Of a stretch of DNA of 64,000 nucleotides, positions 26,406 to 38,820 are shown piece after piece. Origin of the DNA: Paraspadella gotoi (taxonomy: Eukaryota > Animalia > Chaetognatha); NCBI GenBank assembly GCA_051294375.1, contig CM119266.1:17974087-18038086 (forward strand). Direction: 5' to 3'. The position numbers and the translations under genes are program-made. The notes under the pieces were generated by a model, which ran no database searches, was not told the origin of the DNA, and saw nothing but the letters and a program-made list of their open reading frames with translations. How positions within the stretch are numbered: position 1 is the first letter of the stretch; each line of letters opens with the position of its first letter.

Positions 26406-27040
26406 CAGAAGGCTTCATATTATAAAATGTGGTACCCCTTTTTTGTGACCAGAACACGTTCCGAGAAAACTACTGAATAGAATTTAATGAAATTTTGCAT
26501 GCGGAGTACCAGTAGTGATACAAATGGAACTATCGAGGCAAATTTTTACATTCAGCCCCTAAGCTGAGATAAGGGGCCCTGAGGGGGCAGCCCCTGAGGG
26601 TCACAAATTGTCAAAATTTTTTTTCATTTTTTTATTATTTTTGTTTTAAACAGTTGCACAGACGTTTACTCTTCCACAAAAACGTATTTATTACCTCAAA
26701 AATATTCATTTACCTTAATTTTTAGCTTCATGAAAATTTATCAATTTTAGTTCTAAAATGTTTTTTCTTATGTTTAAAACGTCAATGCACCTGATGCTAC
26801 TAAAAAAATTTGAAAAATAAAAAAGAAATTTTTAGCATTTTTTGGCCCCCCAGGGGTCCACCCCCAGGGCCCTGTATCTCTTGTCAGGGGTTGAATATCA
26901 AAATTCGCCTCGATAGTTCCATTTATATAGTCATTAGCACTCAAAATGTAAAATTTCATTAAATTCGATTGGGTAGTTTGGTGGCAACAGATTCTGGTCA
27001 CAAAAAAGGGGTACTACATTTTATAATATGAAGCCTTCTG
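26406..27040. mobile_element. Tc1/mariner-type MITE, TA-flanked
   Basis: TA|cagaaggcttcatattataaaatg...cattttataatatgaagccttctg|TA with ~50-bp TIRs; no ORF. Confidence 0.85.
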
Positions 27041-27045
27041 TATAC

Positions 27046-27468
27046 TGATGAGCGGGGTTTTCCGTCTCTCGATCACCTCCTGAGAGTATCAATATCGCAG
27101 ATAGTAATCAGGTGAAACGCCAGTCTCTTGGAACAAGCATTAGCTACAACTGGAGGTAAGCAAAAGCAAGCATCGATATGCAATCAATATAACAATGATC
27201 TCTCAGGTAAGCTCGGCTTAGCCACGCAAATAGAACCAAATGTAAACCTTTTATAAACTCAACATAAGCATAATATAAACCACCTACAAACCCCGACGAT
27301 GGCTAAATAATATTAATGCAATCTGTATCAAATAAAATGATGATTAAACAGAGCAATAAAATAATAATGAATGTTTATAAACAAATATCGATTGTTTATA
27401 TTTTCAAACTCTTACAAAAAGTAAATAAGATCGACGAACTACAGTCTACAACGAGTTTATGTCCAACA
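27046..27468. mobile_element. Possible solo LTR
   Basis: Bounded by TG...CA. Its last ~90 bp (aaacaaatatcgattgtttatattttc...gagtttatgtccaaca) also occur at 25730-25822. Confidence 0.4.
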
Positions 27469-28123
27469 CTGCAACTCTACATTATATAATATAATATAAT
27501 ATATATATATTTTCCACTTCATTGATAGGGAAGCCAGGTACTCTGGGAGTGAATAAACGAGACTGTGAGAGAGTCTTGATTGAAAGCTTGCAGGGACCTG
27601 CTATGTCATTATCTTGTAAGAGTGATGGAGGCCTTAAACCACCAAAGCCTGTCCAAAGTCAGGGGCAAGATAGCTTATTTATTAAATGAATGGATAATTT
27701 TTATATTGGTTGTACCAATTTCATTAATTAAGTACAGTGATACTTATAGTGAGTGGCTTCTGTTACAAGTCACTTTGTTCTTTTTGACATTAAGGTTCTG
27801 TAAAAACATATCCTGAAAGGAACGTTACCTTGTTCATGTCGAAATCAAACTCTTGTGAAATGGCGAATAAATTTTCGTGGAAATGCGGTTTGCCCCCTAA
27901 CAGTTCAAACATTTTTTCAATTGCCAATGGCCAAGACCCGAATAGTATCTTTTTTTCTCTCTCTCTTTACTTTCGATGCCAAAAAATTAGAAGAGGGAAA
28001 GAGCTTAAAGCTTAAAGGCCTCTTGGGAGCTTAATTGCCCAAGTCGCTTTAATCTCCCGATCTTTCGCGTGGATGCTCTCTCGTTTTATTTTTGTCTTTC
28101 CCGATAAATATATCCGCTTATGC

Positions 28124-28252
<129 letters not shown>

Positions 28253-28541
28253 AGGTTTACATTCATTTTTTTTACGCGATTGAAATTTTTCCTATTAATT
28301 TATTTAATGAAATAAAAAATAATTGTTTATTTTAGCATGTTTTATTTTATATTAAAATTTTACAAATGAATGACCGTATATTACATTTTATATTACTTTT
28401 TTGCCGTTAAATAAATAACGATAGTTAAGATTGTTAAGATTTATTATCATTTGTTTTCGTTTTTTTTATTTCTCGAATCTCGATAGTGATTTATGTTAAG
28501 AGGGATGAGGTGGTTGGAAACGACGACAAGTGATTGGTACC

Positions 28542-31500
28542 ATGAACGGCGGTTATATTCGTCACACCATCTCCCAAGATGAGATTCGTCTTTCGATTCG
28601 TCCGGGTAAGTTCGTCTCGATTAAATATTAAATTAAACATAAAATGAATAAAATTAATAGAAAATGAAAACAAAATAGTACATATTAAAATTAAAGGAAC
28701 TTAAATCAATATTACTAAACTTAAAAAAAACAAAAACAAATGTACAAATGAATATAATAAATAAGAAAAATTCCCATCTCCTTCAAGCGGATGGCGTTCT
28801 TCTCCCCGCCTACCCCACCCACGCGGAGATCACTTGTTCCCGCGCCGCGGCCGACGACGACGAGATCGAGAACGCGCGACGCCGCGGCGTCTCCCGTGTC
28901 GTCCGCCGCTTCATCTGCAAGTTCCGTGGCTGCGATCGATCCTACTCGACGGCGGGGAATTTAAAGACGCACGAGAAGACTCACAAGGGAGAGTACACCT
29001 TCGTCTGCCAGAGGCTAGGATGCGGAAAGGCCTTTCTCACGTCATACAGGTGGGCGTGGGGAAAGGGGGGCGTGGTCGTGGGCAGACGTGATCCATCCTG
29101 ACGTAAAACATTTTTTTTTTTTTGCAGCTTGAAAATTCACGTTCGAGTTCACACGAGAGAAAAGCCATTCGGTTGCGACATTACGGGATGTGACAAAGCG
29201 TTCAACACTCTATATCGGCTGAAGGCTCACAAGGTAGCACGAGGTTTTCGTACTGCGATGTTATAATAGACAAGTTTACGTATTTTTTTGACCACGGAGT
29301 TGTTTTCAACATTTCAGCGCCTTCACACCGGGCAGACTTTTAACTGTGATTTCTACAAACACGGTGGCTGTACCAAATACTTCACTACCTTGAGGTGACA
29401 CGATAGGTTTTTTGTATTTGAATTCCGTAATGAAACTGACGGCAAGACTAAGTTAATTATAATTAAAATTTAGTCTAAATATATGAATAAATGAATGAAA
29501 CAATCTAATACGTAAATAAATTAATAAATAATTATAAAAATATTGTCTATAATTTATTTATTTTTTTACAAGTGGAAAGAATTTGAATGTATATATGTAA
29601 ATGCATAAATAATTAAAAATAAATTATAAATGAATAATAAATAATAATAATAATAATAATAATAAATTAAAAAATAGATAAATAATTAAAAAATAAAGAA
29701 GAACGATACCTTTACAAAGAAATTATAAAATAGGTTATAAAAATTTATTTTAAAATAGGACGGACAGATAGTTATTAAAAACATTTCCATTAGTAATATA
29801 ATAAGTTAAATAAGAATCTGCTTAATAGGTAGTATTGATGGGAGTAAAGGAAAAAAATTCTTAAAATCATTTGTTTACGGTAAAAATGGAAAAAAGCATA
29901 AAAAGTTATGGAGAGACGCAGTGAGCATTGAGGAGTTTTGAAATAAGAATGACCATTAAAGCGTAGAAAAAATATTAAAATCAAGTAGAATCAAAATTTG
30001 AAAAGTAGATCACGATCAGGCTTTTAAATAAAAAATGATAACTTTTTTTTTGTTATTTTTCAATTTTTGTATACGCCCATATTTATACACTATTCACCAT
30101 AGAAAATGTCAAAATTTTAAAATGGTTTTTTCTCATTTTTAAAAGTATATTCGAATTCCTCACGAAAAGTTGATAAAGGAAATATATCTCTTTTTAGAAA
30201 ATTATTTCATTAAGTGGGTCAAAATCCTAAAACACTATTAATATTAACCTATAATTTAATTTTAGTATAAAAAATATAGTTTTTTTTTTGTTAACTTAAT
30301 GAAATAATTTTTGATTAAGACTTATTATTAACTTTTTATGAGGAATTCAAATCTGCTTTCAAAGCTAAGAAAACATTATTTAAAAATTTTGACATTTTCT
30401 ATGATGAGTACTATGTATAAATATGGGCATATGCAAAAATTAAAACAATTAAAATTTTTTTGTTATAATTCAATGTTTTTAGTCCAAGACTGTTCATTAG
30501 AGTGGAGCACTGGGGAACATAAATTTTATTTGAGTGATCAAACAAGTATATTTAGACGTGACATAGTATGATTAAGGAGTAAAAAAAATATTTTGCTTAT
30601 ATTGTTTGGGGAACAGTATCATTAATTACAATATATTTATAGTAATATTCTTATAAAATCATAAATTTTCAAAATAATTTTTTTTAAATTGTTATTAAAG
30701 ATTCTGATTCTTCACAAAAAGTTAGATCAAAAATATAAAATATGTTATTAAAAATTTCAATGTCTTCAGCGTCAAAAATGGAAAAAAAAGGTCAAATTCT
30801 TTACTTTTTTACACTTCGTAGTAGAAACTATTATATGATGAAACTTTTTAATTATTTTTCGCAGCTTTAACCTAAAAATATCATGTAACATATTTTACAA
30901 AAGTTTTTCAGTTTTTTCTGGCGAATCCAAAACTGTTTTTAAAATTAAGAAAATATGATTTTGAAATTTTATGATTTTATAAGGATATTACTATAAAGAA
31001 AATTCAATTAATGATACTGTTATGCAAATTTTTTTTGAAAAAGGGTTTAATTTTTTTTTTATTACATATACAAAGGCAGCAAAAATATATTGTTCCATCG
31101 CTCAATCTTTTCATCACCTTTGTTCTCGTCGAGCCCGCGATTAAACTGACTTGAACGGGTCGAAACTTTTATAATTATATCTTACCATTTTGATTTTTTA
31201 ACCCTATTTTTCCGCAACATTGTGAGAAAAGGTGACCATCTAAAGAAATATTGCATACAGTAATGATGGTTAAGGTAGAGATCTACAATTAAAATCAAAA
31301 GGGGCAGGGGTACAAAACTTTATTCTTGATGTTTACTCTCAGGTAAAAGAAGAATTTTTTTAAAAAAATTCAATTTTAATATACGTTCTTGTTTCTATCA
31401 AAATTACTATATTACTATATAATGATAAAAAATGTTTTAATCAATCTTGAATTATTTTGATGGATTCTGATAGAGAACAAAATGTTAAGTAAAAAAATAT

Positions 31501-34500
31501 AATTACAACTTTTAATAATTTTCAATAGTTTTTTTTATTTTTCACCAACTTATGAGCAGAATATCAAAAAAAGAATTTTACTTTGTATTGACAAATTTTT
31601 GCAAGCTACCGATTCTTAAAAATAAAAAAAACTTAAAAATTTTTTAGTCATTCCTATCTATGAATAAATATTAAAAAATTAATATATAGAGTATAAAATC
31701 ATATTAAATTTTTTTGTCTATCTCAATTTTTAAAAAAATGTATACATTTTCGTTTGAGCAAGTGCTCAATTAAAATTTTTGACCCAACTTACTGAGATAG
31801 GCCACCCCTAGCTACGGGCAATATGATATTGGTGCTCCTAATATAATAACTTGCAACAGCCGGGTTACCTGTGATTCCCATTGGGATTGGGCTTCTCACT
31901 GTTGGCTTAGTGTCCCTTAGTGGCGCCGCCTGCCACTGGCGCGGTTACCCTAGGACGGTCTCGCCTTGCCAACGCAGAGCGAAGTCGTTAGGACTGTGGA
32001 TGGAATGCAACGTTTGGGATGGCGAGTGAGCCCATGGGATTTGCTGAATGAAGCTGGATGTGAGGCGGTGTGAATATATCGCCACTAACTATCCATTCAT
32101 TCAAGCTCTGGTTGATTAAGGCCACCGTCTATTTTATCAAATATTAACATCGCAGGACCCCACAAGCTTTTAAACAAGTCTCTCTTACAGCTTTGTTGTT
32201 TAACTCAGGGATTATTGCTCAGTAAGGCGTAGTGAAAGTTACATACAAAAATTATAAAAGTTAATTATGAACAACATACTATCAGTGAACATTAATTTGT
32301 AAAAAAAAATAATTTTATGTTTTTTTAATTTTCGCAGTAGGCTATATTTATATATAGTACTATCCTTATAAAATCGAAAAATTTTAAAATAGGCTTTTCT
32401 TAATTTTGATTGCAGATTTGAATTCCTCGTCAAAAGTTGATAAAAGAAAATATAAATCATTTTTAAAAATTCATTCATTAAGTGGGTTAAAATTAAAAAA
32501 ACTATATTTAATATATAAAAAGTTAATTTTCAGCTTAAAATATAGTTTTTTCTAATTTTCACCCACTTAATGAAATAATTTTTCAAAAAGAATTCTTTCT
32601 TTTTATCAACTTTTTATGACGAATCCAAATCTGCAAAAAAATATTAGAAAAAACTGTTTTAAAATTTTAACATTTATTGGTTTAGTACTAGTATAAATAT
32701 GGCCTACTGCGCAAATTGTAAAATTTATTATAAATTTTTTTATTACATAAATGTTTATTAATATAATGTTGTTCGTTCCTCACTTTTAGAACTTTAATTA
32801 AAGTTAAATTTAGAAATTTTACTACGCCTTAATGCTCAGGGCTTCCAGTTCAATAAAGTGGAATGATATTTGATAAATTGTTTCTATTGTATTCTCCTTA
32901 TTAAAATATAGTTAAATTAAGTTAAAACATAAGGCTTGACAATCAGTTAATTCCAACCTCTCCTTCCCTTCTCCATCTTCAGCGACCTTCGCAAACACGT
33001 CCGCACCCACACGGGCGAACGCCCCTTCCGTTGCCTTGACTCCGGCTGCGGCAAAGCCTTTGCCGCCTCGCATCACTTGAAGACTCACCTGAGGACCCAC
33101 ACTGGCGAGAAACCCTTTCGCTGCGGCGCTGGTGGCTGCGCCAAAGCCTTCAGCACCGCCTACAGTCTCAAGGCCCACGCCGCCAAGCATTCGACAACCG
33201 ACGCTTCCTCGGCTCAACCGGCGCTAATTTCCTCCAACGCCCCGTCGATCTCGGCGAAGCCGAATTCTTTCTCGGATGTTGAATCGGCGGCGCCCAATTC
33301 GGTCCAAGATGTTCGATCGTCGCAGACGGTGTCTTCGATCGTTCAATCACAAACCGTCGCTTCGAGCGAGACCCTCGGCACCGATTCCGTCGCCATCGAT
33401 GGCAGCGTCGCTTATTCTTGCGACAGATCCACTTTCTGTGGAGCCGGCGACACCTCCGCCTTGGAATGCCTCGCCGAGGTGGTCACCATGAATGAGACTT
33501 CGCGACCGCCTCTTTCAACGCCGCTGCAGATTCCTATGATACGTCCGCAGTTTTGCGTGCAGCAACAGCAAGAGCAACCGCAATTGCAGTTGCCTCCGCC
33601 GCAACGGTGCGACACGATCTCTTTGCCATATCAGCCATTTCACGGAGGCCTTTCGCTGCTGCAGCAACCGCAGCCGCAAAAGTTGCATCTGCTGCCGCAA
33701 ACTACGCAGCAGACTTCCGAACTACCGGTTCCGTCTCCGCCATTTAGTACTCTCCCTCACTCGGCCGTTTTCTTCAAGCCTTTTCGCGCTGCAAGCGTCG
33801 CCGCAGCAGCAGCAGCAGCGTCCGTCCCCGTCGAATCATTCCCGCCTCCAGACGCGAATCCGTTTCGCGTCGGTATCGAAGACGCCTGTGGCGGCGCCAA
33901 AGTTCAGGCGGCGCCCTCTTCGGAAGCCGGCGCCATCCCGGCCTCCGTCGATGAAGAATTCGGCGAATGCGACGTCGACGGAGGCGAATGCATCTTGACG
34001 CAACTCATCCAGGTCTTGGAAGAGGGTGAAAGTTGCGCCGAGGGTGAAAGCGGCGGCGAATCGTCAATAATTGCGTCGTCTCCGTCGACCAACTGGATCA
34101 GCAATGACTCGTCCATCGAGATCGCAAATACTTCAATCTCTAGCGTCGTCGCCGACACCTCTTCTTCCTCCCAGACTCTTTTCACCCTCCCTTATCTTTC
34201 CAACCTTCCTCTCGCCTCCCCCACCCTTCTCTCTCTTTCCCCCGAACCTCCCACTCCTCTCTCCCTCCTCCCCTCTCAACCTTGCCCCCTCATCCTTGGC
34301 TTCACTTCTCCGTCGTCTCCTTCGTCTGTAGAAAACTCTGACCCGTGCCTATGCGTTGGGGAATCCGCACTAGTTGCGTCCGAATATGTTCTTGGAACTT
34401 CGGGAACTGCCTTTAGTACATCAGAGACTGCCTTTAATGCATCGGGAACTGCTCTTAATGCGTCGGGAACTGCCCTTAATGCGTCGGGAACTGCCCTTAA

Positions 34501-36119
34501 TGCATCGGGAACTGCCTCTTAATGCATCGGGAACTGCCCTTAATGCATCGGGAACTGCCCTTAATGCGTCGGGAACTGCCCTTAATGCGTCGGGAACTGC
34601 CTTAATGCGTCGGGAACTGCCCTTAATGCGTCGGAACTGCCCTTAATCGTCGGGAACTGCCCTTAATGCGTCGGGAACTGCCCTTAATGCGTCGGGAACT
34701 GCCCTTAATGCGTCGGGAACTGCCTTAATGCGTCGGGAACTGCCCTTAATGCATCGGGAACTGCCCTTAATGCATCGGGAACTGCCCTTGATGCGTCAGG
34801 AACTGCCCTTGATACGTCGGGAACTGCCCTTGATGCGTCGGGAACCGCCCTTAGTATGTCTGGGACTGGCCTTAGTATGATGGAAACTGCCCCTAATTCG
34901 TTGGTGTCTACCGCTCGTGCGTCAGGTTCTGCATCCGTTTCTGCTCTTAATGCATCAGAAACTACCCTTAACTCGTCGGGAATTGCCTTTAGTACCTCCG
35001 AATCTGCCCTCGGCGCGACCAAACTTGTGACAGATTACTCTTCCTCTGTTTCCCAAGCGACTCTTGTCTCAGAATTCGTTGTCGCTTCTGCCATGGTTGC
35101 TCCCTTGCCATCTGCTTTACCCTCTGTTCCAGCCCTAGGAACTCCTTCGATCGATACTCTCCTTATGAAATCCCCCGACAAAGCAGAGGAGGTAGAAGGG
35201 TTGAAATTTAAACGGGTTATTTGTGGCGGCGGTCGGTTGGAGGAGGAGGAGGAAGAGAAACAGGAAAAACAAGAAGAGCAATTGTCTTCAAAATGTCTTC
35301 AAGAAAAAGTCGACATGGTCGTAGGTAACTCAAATTTAAACTGAATAAAATAACCTTATGAGATGTTGTTACGAATGATATTCTTTTATATGATTGATCT
35401 CCATACTTAACTCTCTTGGCTTCTGCCGCTTTTCTTCTATTTGACCAATCAGATGGGATCTTTGGCCAATGGCCATTGGTCAATCAAAATGAAAGCAGGA
35501 GAAGAAAAAGAGATGCTGTAAGACAGGAGATTAATCGGATCCGTTCGGCCCAATTATTGCCAGAAATTTATTGAACAGTACGTATTGTAACAATATGGAA
35601 CGGCAATTCCCAGGTGTTTCGCCGTATTTTGTAGTGATTTTGTAGTGATTACCGCACCCAATTGTCTTATAGAGTTGCTTCGCGATGCAACTGAAAAGCT
35701 ACGTTACACTTAAATTTTCTTGAATAACTTTTCCTTCAATAGACGGTGTCTCCGCTTTTCCCCTTCTTTCCTCCCATATTCGCCTCCGATCCGGAGTCGC
35801 CTTCTCTCCACCCGACGGAGTCACCTTCTCCCTTTCTGGCGGAGGCGAGATTTTCTCGTTTCCGTTAGAGGTCGGTGCAGGCGGCGAAGCGTCAGGCGTC
35901 AGCGGAGGGAAAGGGGGCGTGGTCCTGATTCTCCCGCCTGGAACGAAAATACTCTGCTCCAAGGCGACTTCCTTTAGGAAGGAGACGGGGCGGACCGGCG
36001 AGGGGCCATCTGGCCAGTTTAAGCCTCCGGATCGGAAAGCGGGGATGAGCGAGTCTGTGGCTGAGCAAGAGGAACTGGAAAAGTTGAAGAAAAGTCTCGG
36101 GTTCGCGTTTGTCCGATGA
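28542..36119 (+). CDS. MTF1: Metal-responsive transcription factor 1 (six C2H2 zinc fingers); exons ~28542-28605, 28788-29049, 29128-29233, 29318-29394, 32983-35324, (35453-35577?), 35743-36119
   Basis: [100 protein letters not shown] match MTF-1. Start codon and 3' exons less certain; frame breaks inside the 21-bp repeat. Confidence 0.93.
32226..32828. mobile_element. Non-autonomous TIR element (GGCGTAGT ends, TTAA-like flanks; piggyBac-like)
   Basis: gtaa|ggcgtagt...actacgcc|ttaa; related copies at ~25830-26352 and ~60765-61320. Confidence 0.6.
34393..34880 (+). repeat. 21-bp coding minisatellite (ASGTALN) within MTF-1
   Basis: About 20 tandem gcgtcgggaactgcccttaat units, several with 1-bp indels. 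Confidence 0.95.
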
Positions 36120-38820
36120 CGAAAGAAAAAATTGAGATTTGAAAGAAAAATCTTGGAGAAGACGAAATTGAAGAAAACCGAAAAATTACTAGTCATTATA
36201 ATGAGTTTTATTGTTTATCTACAGAATAAAATTGAACCCGAAAACGTTTATTCCGAATCCGCGTTAACTTTTCCCGCTTGTATTTATTATTTTATATCAG
36301 TCGTCACTTTTAGCCTTAGTTTATGAATCTATTGAAGCAACTTATCAACTTGTCTCAGCGATAGAATCACAAAAGTGCCATTATCTCTCTCTCTTTCTCT
36401 CTCTTTCTGTTGTCTTCCCAATTTTTAGCCGAATCTGCTTATCAGCAAATTCCGACTCTATAATCCACTTTGTTGTTCTGTCAGTAAATAATTTAAAATT
36501 ATGTCAAAAAATCGATGTCCGTCCGTCATCCCTTATCATAAAACTCCAATTACCCTTGATTGGATGGATAGATTGAGTTAGAATTCCTTTTAATAGGGGT
36601 AGCCTGAGTACATACTCAAACGAAAATTTATATATTTTTAAGTATACTTTAAATGGACAAAAAATTATAATATGGCTCTATACCCAAATAATGAATTTTT
36701 TAACATTTATTTATAGATAGGAAAGGCCAAAAATTCTTTTTAGAATTTTAAAATTTTGAGACCAGATTCAAATAGCTCATAAAAAGTTGTCTGCACAAAG
36801 TATAATCATATTTTTTAAAATATTTTTATAAGTGAGTCAAAAATAAGAAAAACCGTAAAAAATCATCATCATCTTTCGATGATTTTATCAGTTTTTTTAT
36901 ATTTTCACTTAAAAAACGTAAGAATTTTTAAAGCAGTAATTATATTTCTTGTTCAACTTTTTATTTATTAAATTTTAAGATTTCAAAAAAAAAATTTTAT
37001 AATGTGAAAAAAGATAAGTAACAATTAATGGATTAATCAAAACGTAGATTAATTTTTTTGGGAAATGATTGCTTAAATTTTTAGTCAAGACAACTAAAAA
37101 AACTTTGCTAATAATCGAAATTTTATATTATTCCCGAGTTGGTCCCTACTTTTAATTGAAATGTAAAGTATGCTGCAATAACACCAACTACTACAGAACT
37201 ATCATTATAACTATAACTATTACAACCATCAAAACTTATCATCTGGTTAGTTGGTTACCGCTAAATTTTTGTGGGCAAATCCGACATTGTTGATTAAAAT
37301 TTTTCCTCCAACTTCCAGTTGCTTTTTTCGATTCTCTTTGTAAACCTTGTTTCCACTAGGGGTAGCCGCACTCAATGGGGTGAGTCAAAAATTTAGAGTG
37401 AGCACAAGCTCAACGAAAATTTATACATTTTTAAGTATACTTTCAATGGACAAAAATTTTTTTATATGGCTCTATACCCTAGTAATTAATTTTTTAATAT
37501 TTATTTATAGATAGGAAAGGTCAAAATTTTTTTTTAGAAATTTTAAATTTTAAGACCAGATTCAGATAGCTCATAAAAAGTTGTCTACACAAAGTATAAT
37601 TCTTTTTTAAATATTGTTATGATAAGTAGGTCAAAAATAAGAAAAACCATAAAAAATCATCATCATCATCATCTTTTGATGATTTTATCAGTTTTTTAAA
37701 ATTTTTACTAAGAAAACGTAAGAATTTTTAAAAGCTGTAATTATATTTCATGTTTAACTTTTTATGCTCTATCAGAATCCATTAAAAATTTTATGATTTC
37801 AAAAAAAAATTTTTGCTTTATATAGTAATATAATAATTTTAATTAGGCTAGTACCCTCCGAAAAAATAATTTTTGACAACAAATATTTTAATACTATAAT
37901 CTATGCTCATGATAGATTATTTTAACGTTGTATTCATTAGCATTTAAATTTCATCGGCTATGGCAATTTCCACTCCCCTTTCGATCATTTCTAATTCTAG
38001 TCTTATTTTTAATATTTTTATTTTATCACATTCGTTTTATATTTCTTGGTGATGAATTTATTTTCTCATAACAAATTCAATCGTGTTCATTTAATTTTTT
38101 GCTAAATACCTAGTCAGATAAATTACATTTAAAGTTTTCTCAGAAAGCTCCTAATATTTTCAATAAACCGTCCCGATTTTTGCTTTTCTTCATTCTTTTT
38201 TTCATATTTTCGGTTTGACCTTATTTTCCTCAAGTTTTTTACGTCTTTTTTTTTTTTTACATCCGCCTTCGACCATCAGATCATCTTTTGTTTCTCTGTC
38301 TCTCTTCGTCCAAGAGGCGTCGTAGTGATGTTGCTGCTGCTGCAGATTTCGTCGTCCCGCGCAGCAACTCGGCGACGCAGATCCGTGCTGCGGGTTGTTA
38401 TTAACTTCGTCCGCCAGTAGATTCCGTTTATATTCAGATTCATTCTCTATCTCTCTCTCTCTCTTTCTCTCTCTCATCGATTAAAAAACGAAAAGGTCGC
38501 CCTTTAATTTCTCCCATCATTTCGCGTCCACTTTGACTACACGAGTACACGTTTATCTAAATTTAACTTTTCCTTTTAATTTCCAGTTGGTGCTAAAAGT
38601 TTTACGTTCACAAATTCAATTGTGTTTTAAATAATATTCTCCGAGAGCTTCCATCCCCTCCCACCCTCTTTCTATAAAAAAACAAAAAAAACTCCCGTCA
38701 ATCCTTGTCGCTTTAATTAAAACCGTCCCTCTTTTCCGAACACCGACCCCTTCCACTCTCTCTCTCCCATACCTCACCTCCATCTTGGGGCACGCCCCAC
38801 TCCTCGACCGGTCTCGCGTG

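Noticed and set aside
27045-27126. Hammerhead candidate (CTGATGA...GAAAC..GTC)
   Set aside because: No stem II closes directly between the core strands and stem I does not form.
31930-31995. HDV-like ribozyme (GCGAA before a P2-like strand)
   Set aside because: P1, P1.1 and P4 could not be built, and the homologous copy at ~13200 does not preserve the core.
34500-34730. Programmed frameshifting or pseudogenisation of MTF-1
   Set aside because: The 1-bp indels fall within a tandem repeat and resemble consensus errors seen elsewhere; the zinc fingers are intact.
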